A stretch of DNA of 64,000 nucleotides, from contig CM052817.1 of assembly GCA_028534125.1 (NCBI GenBank), positions 105,774,001-105,838,000 on the forward strand, read 5' to 3'. Each line of letters starts with the position of its first letter. The stretch's first letter is position 1. Position numbers and translations under genes: made by a program. This document shows, one piece after another, positions 25,396 to 38,745 of this stretch. This DNA comes from Lama glama (lineage: Eukaryota). The notes beneath the pieces are model-generated. The model was not told the origin of the DNA and made no database searches. It worked only from the letters and a program-made list of their open reading frames with translations.

Positions 25396-27440
25396 TTTTC
25401 TCTATATATATTTTTTTAATATATATTAGAGCAAATTATAGAGGATCTTGTAGACTATTAACAAACAGAACATAAAAGTATTTTATTCAGAATCCTGGAT
25501 TCCTGTATCTACCTTCTATTACTGTGGAAGCTTCTTCAGTAGAGATCTACTCCTCCTCTCTCTCAGTTATAAATATTATTATTCTTTTGAGTATCAATTA
25601 TCAATACATGTTTTTAGCACTGGTAAGGGTAAATTATTAGATAAATATTATATTTATCATAAATATTTAAATGTATCATAACACAATATAGATATTTGGA
25701 CACTGTTGTAACTTTTGAGTTTGGCATCATTACAGAATATTGTGCCATCTCGAAAATACACAATTAATAGTTGCAGCACAAAAATTGATGGATTACTGTT
25801 CTAACTTAGTACAATGATTTTCAAAGTTTATTTTACATTTCAGGTTGGAAAATTCAAAGACAGGGAGTTCAAAACAGTCTTGTTAGTAAAAAATAACAAA
25901 ACCATATTGACGATTGTCACTCTCAAAGTAGTGTTTTAATTAATATACCTCAAAGTGAGGGCGGCTGTGAACAAAGGACAAAGTGTGACATATAGAGTTT
26001 TAACTTTTATTTTTAATTTTAAAATATTTAAGCATTTATAATTTCATATCGGATACTTATTTTTGAAAGGATAGTAGTTCTTTTAGGAATCTTTTGGGAT
26101 CCCGGAATTGTGCAGTGTGAGTTTACATTCCCTTATTTTGAAAAACTGGACTTGTCAGTAAAAAACTGCTACTTGCAGGCAACTCTGCTGATGAGATATA
26201 AATAAACAGTTCCCTCCTTTTCATAAAGAGTTCTCTTGCTATTCATGAGGGATAAGCTATAGAAATTTTTATGAATCACAGAACTGAGAAATGCCATTAG
26301 TTAAGTGCATGTTGTATGTGAAGCCTCCCCAAATATAAAAATACAGTACTTACAAGAGCATATTTTGATAATAATAAATGTATAAAGAAGCTCACCAAAG
26401 CAGTAAGTAAGTTGTGAAATACTTCAGAGCCACATAAAATACATAAATCTTAGTAAAACCTTCCCCCTGGGTTTGGAAAGAATAATCAGACAATAGGAGC
26501 ATCAGCACATTTCTGCCTGAATTATCTGAAAGTATTTGTACTGACACAAATGTTACATTATTAAGAACTCATTCCACTTAAACATTCAGTGGCCTCACAG
26601 TGACGTTAGATTTGTGCATGATAAGGCAAAACTGATGAAAGCACTAGCATTTTTCCATTGATACCTGTGTTCTGCATGGACAGTTTCTTTCATGACATAC
26701 AGTTCAAATACATATTGAATTGTTTCTACATTTTTTCATTAATGGATTTCAAATCAAACGACATGTTAGCATTTGCTGCCATATAAACTTCACAATTTTG
26801 TCTTTCCCCTAACGTCATTTAATAGGAGCATTTTGTAAACATGCACACTGTGCCATTACTACATTTACCAAGCGTCTAATCAGTGTCCTTGTTAATTTTA
26901 GTAATTCTGTCAAGGATAAAAAGAAACACTGCATTTCCTTTGATTGTCCCTAGATGCTATTATATTTATTTGTTTATTAAAGTAGACAAATCTGCATCAG
27001 ATTTTAAGCAGACGATGGAAAACTGGAGTTCGAGAGACAGAGAAGATGAGTTGAGAGAGCACAGTGAGGACCCCAAGGCCGGCAAATTCCAGGACTGATC
27101 GCAATAAATAGTACTTACTGAGAGTATTTAATGTCTCATGTAGTACACAACTGCAAACAGAAATGAATAATATTACAGTATTCCTTTAAAAAATTTCTTT
27201 TGTTCAGCTTTGAGATTTTCATAAAATTAAGGTCAGAGGAATGAGGAATAAGTATTAAATTGAAAAGCAAACCACCTTAGTTGTACCCATTTATAATGAC
27301 ATTGAGAATGTCACGACTACTACCTTATAACACATTGTGCAAGTTTGTTTGTTGGCTTGTTTGTTCACTGTCTCACGGTTTGATTGAGATATAATTGACA
27401 TACAACTCTGTACACGTTTAAGATACACAACATAATGATT

Positions 27441-28315
27441 ATTTTTTTTACCTTTTATTTTTTTATTAATTTTTTAAAACTTTTTTTATTGAGCTATAGT
27501 CATTTTACAATGTTGTGTCAAATTCCAGTGTAGAGCACAGTTTTTCATTTACACATAAACATGTATATATTCATTGTCACATTTCTTTTCGCTGTGAGCT
27601 ACCATAAGATCTTGTATATATTTCCCTGTGCAATACAGTATAATCTTGTTTATCTGTTCCACATTTTGAAAGCGCAGTCTGTCCCTTCCCACCCCCACCC
27701 TCTTGGCAACCACAAGTTTGTATTCTATGTCTATGAATCGGTTTCTGTTTTGTATTCTTTTTTTTTTTTTTTTTAGATTCCACTTATGAGCGATCCCATA
27801 TGGTATATTTCTTTCTCTTTCTGGCTTACTTCACTTAGAATGACATTCTCCAGGAACATCCATGTTGCTGCAAATGGGTTTTATGTTGTCAGTTTTTATG
27901 GCTGAATAGTATTTCATTGTATAAATTACCACATCTTCTTTATCCAGTCATTGTTGATGGACATTTAGGCTGTCTCCATGTCTTGGCTATTGTAAATAGT
28001 GCTGCTATGAATATTGGGGTGCAGGTGTCTTTTTGAAGTTGGAGTCTTTCTAGATAAATGCTCAGGAGTGGGATTCCTGGGTCATATGGTAAGTCTATTC
28101 CTAGTCTTTTGAGGAATCTCCACACTGTTTTCCATAGTGGCTGCACCAAACTGCATTCCCACCAGCAGTGTAGGAGGGTTCCCCTTTCTCCACAGCCTCT
28201 CCAGCATTTGTCATTTGTGGACTTTTGAATGATGGCCATTCTGGCTGGTGTGAGGTGATACGTCATCATAGTTTTGATTTGCATTTCTCTAATAATTAGT
28301 GATATTGAGCATTTT
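27441..28315 (-). mobile_element. Camelid-type LINE-1 3' end, forming the 3' half of the U6-L1 chimera
   Basis: ORF 27940-28350 (-) contains [15 protein letters not shown]...[27 protein letters not shown], the ORF2p cysteine-rich domain. A-rich tail at about 27441-27490. Confidence 0.95.
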
Positions 28316-28422
28316 AAAAATATGGAACACTTCAGGAATTTGTGTGTCATCCTTGCGCAGGGGCCGTGTTAATCTTCTCTGTATCGTTTCAATTTTAGTA
28401 TATGTGCTGCCAGAGTGAGCAC
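28316..28422 (-). pseudogene. RNU6: Full-length U6 snRNA retropseudogene
   Basis: Reverse complement GTGCTCACTCTGGCAGCACATATACTAAAATTGAAACGATACAGAGAAGATTAACACGGCCCCTGCGCAAGGATGACACACAAATTCCTGAAGTGTTCCATATTTTT is 107 nt, with 9 mismatches to vertebrate U6 by manual alignment. ACAGAGA box intact. The upstream flank is L1 sequence, not a U6 promoter. Confidence 0.98.
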
Positions 28423-29064
28423 TACAACATAATGATTTGACTTACATACATCATGAAATGATTACCACAAGTTTAGTGAATCTATATTATCCAGTATAGA
28501 AACAAAATTAAAGAAATAGAAAAAAATCTGTAATGAGAACTGTTAGGATTTATTCTCTTAACATCTTTCATATATAAACATACAGCAGTGTTAATATTTA
28601 TCATGTTGTACATTACCTCTTTAGTACTTATTTTTCTTATAACTGGAAGTTTGTACCTTTAAATGTCCACCCCTTTACCCCAGCCTCTGGTAACCGCAAA
28701 TCTGATCTCTTTCCCTTTGAGCTTCTTTGTTTGTTTATTTATTGTTTTTTGAAATGTAACTGACCTGCAATACAACGTTAGTTCCTCTTACACAACATAA
28801 TATTTAAAATTTTCTATACATTTCAATATGATCACCACAATAAGTCTAGTTATGATTTGTCACCAAAGATACAATGTAATTATTGACTATCTTCCCATTG
28901 TACACTTCATACCCATGACTCATTTATTTTATAACTGGAAGTTTGTATCTCTTCATCTCCTTCACTTATTTCTTCCCCCAACCCCATCTCTCCTGGCAAC
29001 CACTTATTTGTTCCCTGTTTCTTATTTGTTATGCTTGTTCATATATTTTGCTGTTAAAATTCCA

Positions 29065-29564
29065 NNNNNNNNNNNNNNNNNNNNNNNNNNNNNNNNNNNN
29101 NNNNNNNNNNNNNNNNNNNNNNNNNNNNNNNNNNNNNNNNNNNNNNNNNNNNNNNNNNNNNNNNNNNNNNNNNNNNNNNNNNNNNNNNNNNNNNNNNNNN
29201 NNNNNNNNNNNNNNNNNNNNNNNNNNNNNNNNNNNNNNNNNNNNNNNNNNNNNNNNNNNNNNNNNNNNNNNNNNNNNNNNNNNNNNNNNNNNNNNNNNNN
29301 NNNNNNNNNNNNNNNNNNNNNNNNNNNNNNNNNNNNNNNNNNNNNNNNNNNNNNNNNNNNNNNNNNNNNNNNNNNNNNNNNNNNNNNNNNNNNNNNNNNN
29401 NNNNNNNNNNNNNNNNNNNNNNNNNNNNNNNNNNNNNNNNNNNNNNNNNNNNNNNNNNNNNNNNNNNNNNNNNNNNNNNNNNNNNNNNNNNNNNNNNNNN
29501 NNNNNNNNNNNNNNNNNNNNNNNNNNNNNNNNNNNNNNNNNNNNNNNNNNNNNNNNNNNNNNNN
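29065..29564. other. Assembly gap (exactly 500 N)
   Basis: N run counted from coordinates. Confidence 1.
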
Positions 29565-29941
29565 TAGAGTCTTTTATAAAAGTTTATCGTGTGTCATGGG
29601 AACTTCTGGTCGCTCCCCGCAGCCTTGGCATTATCAGGTATGATCCCTCCCATGTCATGGGGGCTCTTGGAGGATCTGGTTGTTCCTTCAGTGTCATCAT
29701 TCCATGACCTTCTTCCTGGAAAATTGCTTCTGGGTTTTGGTTACAAGCTATTTTGGGGAGGGAGTAAATCATAGGGTTGGGGTGACTGAGCACGTAATCA
29801 TTCAAGCAAGTTAAACAGTAGAGTAGCAAGGAACAAAACAGGTGGATCTGTTAGAAAGAACTCTGAGAAAACAAGCTAACCCATCACGGTGAACTATGTA
29901 AGCTGTCTTAGCATCAGGGAGGCCATTTTGTGTCTCCTTCA
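29565..29941 (-). mobile_element. Probable ERV LTR, truncated by the gap
   Basis: Reverse complement starts TGAAGGAGACACAAAATGGCCTCC, a typical LTR 5' end. GC content higher than the flank. Confidence 0.55.
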
Positions 29942-30844
29942 GTTTTACCAAAATTTTGGTGTAAGGTCATGTAAAACTAGCTACTCTAATAAATGTACAA
30001 GTACTCAAATGTGAGTGACGTTTATCACTCAAGTAAATTTCAACATTGTGCTCTTGACTGGCCTGTGTCTTCCTTCCTAGGTGTAATTTACACACCAGGG
30101 TTTCTTTCATCTTGAGGCTCTCTGTCTTTCAACCCTTGGGCTTTCGGACACATTGGATCATGTCCACAGAAAAGGGAAATTTTATGGAAGATCCTGTACA
30201 GGAAGTTTCATGAGTCAGTCCAAGAAACCGTCCCCAACACTCCACTCCTAATCTGCTGCTCAGTCACAGTGCAGGACCACACTCACATCAATGTACACTA
30301 GCCGTGTGTGCAGGAAGATTATAGCTTGGTATCCATTTTCACATCAGGGTGTGATTTGATAATATAGTTTCAATTTCCTGCAGAGAGGGATTTCTGCTTT
30401 TCTAACATACCATTTGTATAATATTGGAAGAGATAGCCTGTGATTTTGGAAAGGTGTTTTTAGGTCATAGAAGACTCCAGCCATTATATACAGCTGTGTT
30501 CTGGGGCGGAAACTGGCATATATGGAAGTTTGAGCAAATGCTGACGGACATGTCAAGAAAAAGTGTGTCAGGAGCGTCAATGTGCTTCTTTGACTAATAA
30601 AAGTGAATATTTGTGAAAAGAATAAATAAAAAATCCTTCCGGATATGGTTTTAGATAAAAATGTGTTGATTGGTCTGGGTATTTTATTTAAGAAAACTTT
30701 AAAGCATTAACTGGGGAAGGAAAAAAGAGGCATATTTTTGTTTGGACAAAGTGAACTCAGTTCTGTTTAGTTTCATCATTACTTTATTTATGCACATTCA
30801 TTTTTTTAGAGATTTCACAATTTTTTTAAATCCTTCACTTGTGC

Positions 30845-30969
30845 TTTGCTTTTTCTTGGTGGGGGGGTTAATTAGGTCTATTTATTTACTTAATGAAGGT
30901 GATGAGGATTGAGCCCAGGACTTCGTACATGCTGAGCAAGTGCTCTACCTCTTAGCTATATCCTCCCCC
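30845..30969 (-). mobile_element. tRNA-Ala-derived camelid SINE (Vic-1-like)
   Basis: Reverse complement ggggaggatatagctaagaggtagagcacttgctcagcatg...cctgggctcaatcc...cctaatt. Same family as the copies at 3271 and 6014. Confidence 0.85.
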
Positions 30970-33516
30970 TGAACCTTTTGTAAAATTGAGGATGAAATGA
31001 TTAGTTCTGCACTTGAACTAAGTAAGTGATAGAGTTTCTAGATATTATGACATAAATCCATGCAAAACTTTAAACTTTTATTCATTGTAAAATGTAAGGT
31101 GGCATGCATGGAAGGTATTATTTGAAATTATGTTTCAGGAAAAGACATTTGATTGTCTTTTGTCAAAATACATTCTCCCTCCAACTGATCACGTGAGTAA
31201 TGTCATGACTGTGCACATTTAAAATTTACAGAAATATTTGTATACTGTGGGGATTTTCACTTACTGTGATTATTGCCATTATTATTTTCAAGTCATATCA
31301 TCTAACAGGACTTTTTAAATTAAAAAATGCAATGGCAAGTGATTGGGTTATCTGATTCTCAAAATATTATGGATCGGAGAGTCATTTTGGCCATAATTAA
31401 CTTCAGGTTGCCCAAGGGAGTAAGAGGAAATTAGTTTGTGTTGTGAATATTCCTCTTCATATACGCTGTATTTTAAACTCTGTTTTATCTAGGCACTTGT
31501 TAAAATAAATATGATTAGTATGCAGCCATTGTTTTAAACTTTAAATTTCCTTCAGATATATTTGGAATTAAAATGTATTTTCCATATTATTTGGAGGAAG
31601 CGTGAACAACTTACTGTTGTCACTATTTCTCTTATTTTCATGGTCAAAAAATGAGCAATTATCGGGAACGTGTTTTTTTTCCTATTTCGGATAGGCCAGT
31701 TAAAGTAACATAGTCAACCACTTCCTGCTTTTGTGTTTTTTAAAGTTAGTTTTTATTGGCATTTGAAAAGAACATGACACTGAAAATTAAAGCCATAAAT
31801 GTTAAGCCTTATAGGGTTGAGACACTGAAAATAGCATGATAGATCAGAACCAGCTGAGAACAGAGGAAGGAAACTCACCCTTAGAGGATCTTAAAATCAA
31901 AGGGAAACAAATGCATAAACAAGATGAAGATACGAAGTTCAAAGTCGTCTAAAGGATTTTGCTTTTAAGAACAATCTGAAGAGCTATGGCATTTTTAAAA
32001 TGGGTCTGTCATTTTGAAACCTGAAGACAGACGAGTTTATAGTTGAATTTCGTCCGGTAGCCATTGTCCTTAAAATGTATGCCTTGCCTTTAAAAAGAAA
32101 TAAATGACATGATCTTAAAGAAAGAAATCTACAGTAATGGTCCCAATTTTGCCAGCTGAGGCACTAAAACCGTGCTGACCTCAGAAGTGCTCTGGTCTAC
32201 CCTTAGTGATGTTAGCGTTCTTTTCAAATCGTGTTGTTTTTGCTACTGGCAGATACACAGGCTTCTGGGAATGCAGGGTAACTGGTGTTTTTCTGTGACT
32301 ATCCTCAGATTCCACAGCTACCTGTCTTTGTCCTTCATCTCGGTTACATTGCTGACACCGTTAATTTTCTTTAGCAATGTCGGTCAGCGAGATTTATCCT
32401 TGAATTGTTTGGAACGATCACACCAACAAACAACTTGCAGTCCACTGTGCTCTCGGCATTTCAGAATTAAATGATATTGTAGATGCCACGTGAAATCTAA
32501 TAGTTTTGTGACATATTGCAAAAATATCTAAATGAGGGGAGGAAAAAGAGGATTCTGATCTACAAAATTTCAGTCAAGCGATGTCCAGAACGCAAAAGCT
32601 TAATAATGTTTGTAATAGTAATGGTTCCCTACAACTTTCAATAACTTCCTCTTCCCCATAATACATTCTTAACAAGATGAAAAGATTAAAAGAAAGAAAA
32701 TTCATTTCTTAAATAAAAATTTTCGCCTTTATTCTTTGTATGTTAATGGACAGCAAATCACATCTATATAAAATAATTCTATCTTATTTTCATTTTAACT
32801 GCGTCTTAAAAGCAAATTATAAAGTACTTCACTTCTTTCTCTGTAAAATAAGTTTTATCAAGAATTCAAGGGGAAAAAGAAGAGCAATATGAAAACACAA
32901 ACTTTGCTATTAAGAAGAAAATAATAGAATAAAAGTAGATTCTTAATAGTTTTTCCATTTCAGTTGAAGCTCATATAGGTTATTCTAAATGCCCTTATTG
33001 GACAAAAGTTACCGAATGGAATTTTACTTCATGCCATAAAAATACTAAAAAAAAAAAAAAAACCTGTAGCATGGCTAGTATTAGAATAAGAGGGTAAAAA
33101 AATAAAGGTTGAAAATAAAAACTTGTATAATAGGAGAGCCATGACAAAGAATAGATGTGCACTGATTTTTTAATCCCAAAACAGCCTATTTGAAAACACT
33201 TCTCTTGTGGAGGACTTTTCTAAATAGGAAAAAAATATATTTGTATGTAGAATACATAAAATATATAATGTTATTTTCTGAAAGATTTTATTAATGTAAA
33301 TAGGATGTGCAGATTTGCACACAAGAGCATTCTGTTTCAGACAAATATGCATGTTCACCCAAATGGAAAAAAAAAACACATATGGAAATTTAAATACACA
33401 GTAACACAGAGAAATATTTTATTGTCACAAGATGTGGCAATGAGTTTGTTTTTCACTGTAATAGATAAAGTTGGTAACACTATTATTTTGTCCTTAGAAA
33501 TTAGGCTGAGTATCTT

Positions 33517-33991
33517 TGTAGGCAGAATAGTGTCCCCCCGACTTCAGAGATAGCTATATCCAATCTCTAGAAACTGGAAATATGAGATTACATAGCAGAG
33601 GGGAATTAGATGGAATTAAGTTTGCAGTCAACTGGCCTTAAGATAGAGGCTATTCTGTGTTATCTGGGTAACCTCAGTATAGTCACAAAGATCCTTAAAG
33701 TGGGAGAGGGAACCACAACAAGAGAGATGGTGGCTGCTAGTGCTGACTTGGAAGATGCAAGAATGGACCACCAGCCCAAGAACGCGGGCCACGTCTAAAG
33801 GATGGAATAGCAAGCAAGTGGATTCTGACGTAGGGCTTCCAGAAGGACCTCAACCCTGAGAACAGCTTTACTTTAGTTCAGTCAGACCCATTTTGGGTTT
33901 CTGACCTCCTGACTGTAAAATAACAAATTTGTGTCATTTAAACCACTAAATTTGTAATAATTTATTGCAGCAGCAATAGGGAAATAATACA
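33517..33991 (+). mobile_element. ERVL-MaLR LTR (MLT1D/E-like)
   Basis: tgtaggcagaata...ctgacctcctgactgtaaaataacaaatttgtg...gcagcaatagggaaataataca. Confidence 0.85.
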
Positions 33992-34144
33992 GATTTGGGT
34001 AACTTTCTGTTCAGAATTTTCAATGTCTTACTCCACCCAAATATCTGTGGCCATCCAATTTAATGTTCTGTATAGTGTGATACTTTAGAGAAATACTAAA
34101 ACAGTGAGCCATTGCAGGTTGGCTCTTACATTGAGATTTAGATA

Positions 34145-34172
34145 CACACACACACACACACACACATGCACA
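34145..34172. repeat. (AC)n microsatellite
   Basis: Direct reading. Confidence 0.9.
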
Positions 34173-34554
34173 CTCAAGTATATAATCTATAAACAGCTAG
34201 CATTACAGTTTATATTTAGACATTAAAGGTTAATATATGTTTTTGTTTTTACATAAAGATCACCATTCTAGGTGAAATTATGTGAAATTTTAGACTTTAT
34301 TAAGAATTGTAACATATTTATATGTAACAAACAGTTACATTCGAGGTATTGTTTGAAACATATTATATATCTCAACCCATGTAATTCTCACAACAATCCT
34401 GTAAATTTATTTGCACTTCACTGTCTTTAAAGAGGGCCCTAATGTAAGTCAATAACTTAACTATATCACTTAATTCAAAAACAGTGTAGTTAGAATTCAA
34501 ATCCAGCAGTCTGTCTTCAGAGCCTGACTGACTCAGCACAACCTTACAAATTAT

Positions 34555-35040
34555 ATTATGCAGCTACAGCTGTGGTGATACTGTGTAACAAACAATCCCA
34601 AACCCCAATGGCTTGCAGCAGCAAACGTTCATTTTTTGGGTTCATGGATCTTTAGGTTGGCTGCAGTTTGGCTGATCTCAACTAGGCTTATTTGGTCTTA
34701 GCTGGGCTCAGCTAGACCCTACGATTCTTCTCCATTCATCTTCTTCATTCTGGGGACCAACAATTCCACAGCACATGTTCTTTTTCATGGCAGGTGTTAG
34801 AAGTCCAATTGACTAAGCCAAGCAATGCAAGCACATTTAAAACCTCTGTTTACATCACATCTGTTAGCATTTTATTGTCTAAGCAAGTCACATGACACAC
34901 GAGGGGTGGAAGGTGGAAAGAGATATTCTGTGTACTGATAGCCATTATAAAGGAACATGGCAACATTAGGTGAATGTATAACTCATTACAGAGAAGGGTT
35001 GAAGGACTAGGAGTAATGATGGAATCTTCCATAAACTCAC
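34555..35040 (-). mobile_element. Old MaLR LTR (MLT1I/J/K-like)
   Basis: tgtgtaacaaacaatcccaaaccccaatggcttg...aagcacatttaaaacctctg...aagcaagtcacatg. Confidence 0.65.
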
Positions 35041-36394
35041 ACCAAGCCTGCTTCCATGTCAGGCGTGTTACCTTGCTGTTTTTCTCCATAGTTCAGAGTT
35101 CTTCGCAAGATTCACTTTAATCATAAAAGAAAGAGTTTAAGCTATGTACTTTAAAAGTACCTATTTTGAGATTGCCTTCAGTTAAGTCTCAAAAGGATAT
35201 AAAAGCTCAAATGTATTTTATCAAACTAGGCTCTCACAAAAATCAGGTAAGGGTGATCAATCATTTTCATTATATAGTTCCAATGGGCCACAAGAGAAGC
35301 ATCCTTTATGTTTGTCTCTTTTCAGTCTCCTAAATGCAATTTGAGAAGTGTTAAAAATAGATTTAGTTACATCAATTTCTTTATTTAATGAAATATTCAT
35401 ATTTCATTATTTTGTACTCAGTTATTTTAAATAATTGACTTTCATCATAAATGCTATTTTGAAAAACAAACACAAAACATAGCAAATTGTTTTGGAGGTA
35501 ACTTTAGTGATACTGACAACCACATTTTAACCTGACCATTTAAAACTTATGCTATCTCTAGTCATAGAAAAGTGAAGGAATAAAATTATGTACATAGAAA
35601 TGTTTAGAGAATATTTCTAGGTTATGTGTTAGAAAAATTGTAAAAACTTTTATTTCTAATTTTATTTTAATATTTTAAATAATTCATTCATTTATATATA
35701 AATGTGGTCATAAAATATTTCAAAAACATAAAGGTAGTCAGATCAGGTGGGTAGCAGTTCTATTTAAATTTGCTGTGTCATTTTCTTGTTTAATATTTTT
35801 TATATATTCAGTAGGATTTGCCCTTTTTCCTTAAGTTGATGGCTGGAAAAAATATTTTCCACTGACAGCAGGAATAACAAAGCCATCAAATTTTACACAG
35901 TCTGGTTAAATATGAATGTGTGTCCAGGCTTCAAATAATGTGAGTTTTATTTTTTTTTCCTTGGCAGAATAACATAAAGTTAAAATGAGGAAAGATATAT
36001 AATATTTAATATTAAGCTTTAAAAAGAAACCTGGTATCATTGCTGTGCATCTTGGTGCAAAGACTATGATGATAATAAAAAAGCACAGAAGACAAAAAAA
36101 AGTCAGTGGAAAATACTTTTCCAACTCCATTTGAATGTTTATTGTGTTATAGCACGCTCAAGTATGCCCCAAACTAGAAGAGTGGAACAGCTTTCAAACC
36201 ATAGATAAGTAAGAAGCAGAAATGGAAAGGTACAATTCTAATGAGGAATATAAATTCAAGTGGAAACGGAAATGTTTTCTAGCTTACTTTTGAAAGCAAT
36301 TACTAATAAATAATTAGAAGAACAGCATGTTTTCATGATAATACATTCTAATAGTTAATTTTACTTTATTACAAAACAATAATTACATTCGCTC

Positions 36395-36908
36395 TGTCAA
36401 TTGGAAAAAATGCCCAACCTGAAAGTTGAGAATTGTGTTTTATTCACAATTCTGAGGTGTTCAAGTCCGGGAGACAGCCTCTCTGATCGCTCTGAGGGAC
36501 TGCTCTGAAGAGGTAAGGGAGGAGCCAGGATACATAGGAGTTTTGCAATAAAGACCAAATAGTCAGAACATCAAGAGATTATAGTTAAGTAAAGAAAACC
36601 AGATAATTCAAGTCAAGGAATTTAGTGCTTTTCTATGTATGGGAAGATGCAAGAGCCTGCACTTATTGGAATCACTCCTTTGATCTGCACCATAGCCTTC
36701 TAGGACCAGTATCTTGTTCTTTTCCATCCTGAGTCCCCTCATGGTACACCTTTGTGGATGATTGCAGTGGCTGATGGCTTGATCACAGGCAACCTGTTTC
36801 CATCCTGAATTCCCTCAGGGTCACCTTTGGGGGCGGCTGCAATGTGACAGATTGACGGCTGCAACATACCTTGTTTACTGATATGATGGGCAATATTTTT
36901 CATTCACA
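36395..36908 (-). mobile_element. ERV1 (MER4-group-like) solo LTR, copy 1
   Basis: TG...CA ends, antisense AATAAA (ttttatt near 36438), colinear homology with 62484-62992. Confidence 0.85.
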
Positions 36909-38029
36909 ATTCTCATGTTTTTCTGAGACAGACACAACAGCAACTAAATTGTGTTCATAATCTATGATTTGATTTAAATATTCGTTTATGTTTATACAGG
37001 ATATCCTGCCAAGTATGCAGACCTAGAGGACTCAGGAAAGCCTTTGGATATTCCTTTTGTTGTCATATATTGCAAATTCAGCACGAAGACCCTCTGTATT
37101 TTATTTAATTCACTCTCTAGGTTTGCTTCTTCTAGGAAGAGTGATATTAAATATGACTTATCATATGTGCAGGAATAAAGTGTTTCAGACAGTTAAGCCT
37201 CTTAACATAGCACTCAGCAAGACAGCTTGAGAGCTCTACTTTTTGTTTATTCCAAAAAACTACCTGAGAGAGTCTTTCCTTACTCATATTTATCTTATTG
37301 ATACAATGATTGACATCCTTAAATACTCAATGGAGTAAGCTATTTCACTTTATTTCATCTCAGTAATCCTTTTTAGACACTAGAATTGTGACAGGCAGAG
37401 TTCTGTTTTGTATGAAACCTTTTAGAAATACCTTGTGTTGCCTGATTCAGTGTTTTGCGAAAACAAAATGTTACCATTTATGAATAATAGCAGAAAAGGT
37501 AAGTAATGCTAGAGTGCAGTCATACTGATTTTATCTACACAGTATCATTCCTACTGAATTTTAATTTTTATTCCATCATAGCACTGGCATTTGTAACAAT
37601 CAAACCTCATAAATCTCAGAGGTGTGAACAGAATGATGACAGTATGGGAGTTATGGAAAATAATATTTTAAATAGAGATATTCCTGGAAAACCTGATAGA
37701 TGTGATCATGATGATAATATTTAATCTATTGTTTTAAGTTTTTTAATAAAATAAAGTTTCCTTAAATAAGATGACATTATAAAAGTTTAAGATAATCTAT
37801 AAATATATGTATCATATATATGAAAGCAGTTATTTTGTCCTTTTTCTGTGCCCTTCTAACCTTAAAAGGACCTAATTATAGGAATGAGATCACAAAGCAG
37901 TTGGAACTAACTCCTGACCTATGTCTCCTGAATGCACACTATGCCCTGTCTGACCGGTTGATTCTTCTCCTATATGGAAAAAAAAAAGCATGAAGAATGA
38001 AGAATTAAGCAGTTAAAGAATATTTAGCT

Positions 38030-38372
38030 CTCAATCCTCAACAGCCCCCTTGGCAATCCTGCAGGCCGATCACATGAGCAAGATAACATCTTAAAGAGAG
38101 AGTCTCTCAGTCTGCACGCAATGGAGATTGTGCAGAACCCAACCTCCTGCCTCCATGACTCACTGAGATCGACCCCCCCTCAACCTCCACCACTTTTCCC
38201 TTAAAAACTGTCACAGCTGAGCAGAATCTGCAGACTTGGTCTCTGGACACGAGTCCACCTTCTCTCCAGATTGCGGGCTTTTCTGATTAAAGCAGGTTTC
38301 CTTTCTACAGACTCTTACCTCTTGAATCACTGGCTTTTGAGCAGTGAGCAGTCGAATCTGGGTTTTGTAACA
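38030..38372 (+). mobile_element. ERV1-class LTR, 3' portion
   Basis: TATA-like cccttaaaaa, ATTAAA near 38285, terminus ggcttttgagcagtgagcag...gtaaca similar to the 9303 terminus. 5' boundary uncertain. Confidence 0.7.
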
Positions 38373-38745
38373 CACACATATATATATATGCTTACACAAA
38401 TATACATTATCTATCTATATATTCTATAGTGACAACAGTCTCACTCAGTTCTAAGTGCATCGTGTTACATTATAAAAATAACATTTTGAGGTAGACCTCA
38501 TTATTATTATTTTTAAAACCAGGGGAAATGAATGCACCAAGAGGAGAAGTGAAATAAGATTACCCAGTAAAAAGGTAAAAGTTTACCAGTGCCGCATTTG
38601 CTCTTAAACTAAGGTTACATGAGCTATTTAAATATTATCCATTACAGGATGTTGCATCCCATTAAAAGAGAACCCATCGCTAGCATTTGCAATAATTTTT
38701 ATTCGTGCCCAATATTTTGCCAATATCACCCACAATTTTAAAGAA

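Larger units (their letters stand above)
27380..29064 (-). mobile_element. Older L1MA9-like 3' end, split by the U6-L1 insertion and cut by a gap
   Basis: ttgagatataattgacatacaac...acaacataatgatt continues as tgacttacatacatcatgaaatgattaccac after 28437. Internally duplicated 3'UTR unit (ataactggaagtttgta twice). Confidence 0.8.

Noticed and set aside
28316..28422. Functional U6 snRNA gene
   Set aside because: Nine substitutions, fused to L1, flanked by a TSD, and the upstream sequence is L1 rather than a PSE/TATA promoter.
28828..29707. Long ORFs of 254-271 aa
   Set aside because: Artefacts of translating through the 500-N gap.
37426..37504. 73-nt exon candidate ending at AAG|GTAAGT
   Set aside because: Weak acceptor and an unrecognised peptide. 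Isolated consensus donors are expected by chance.
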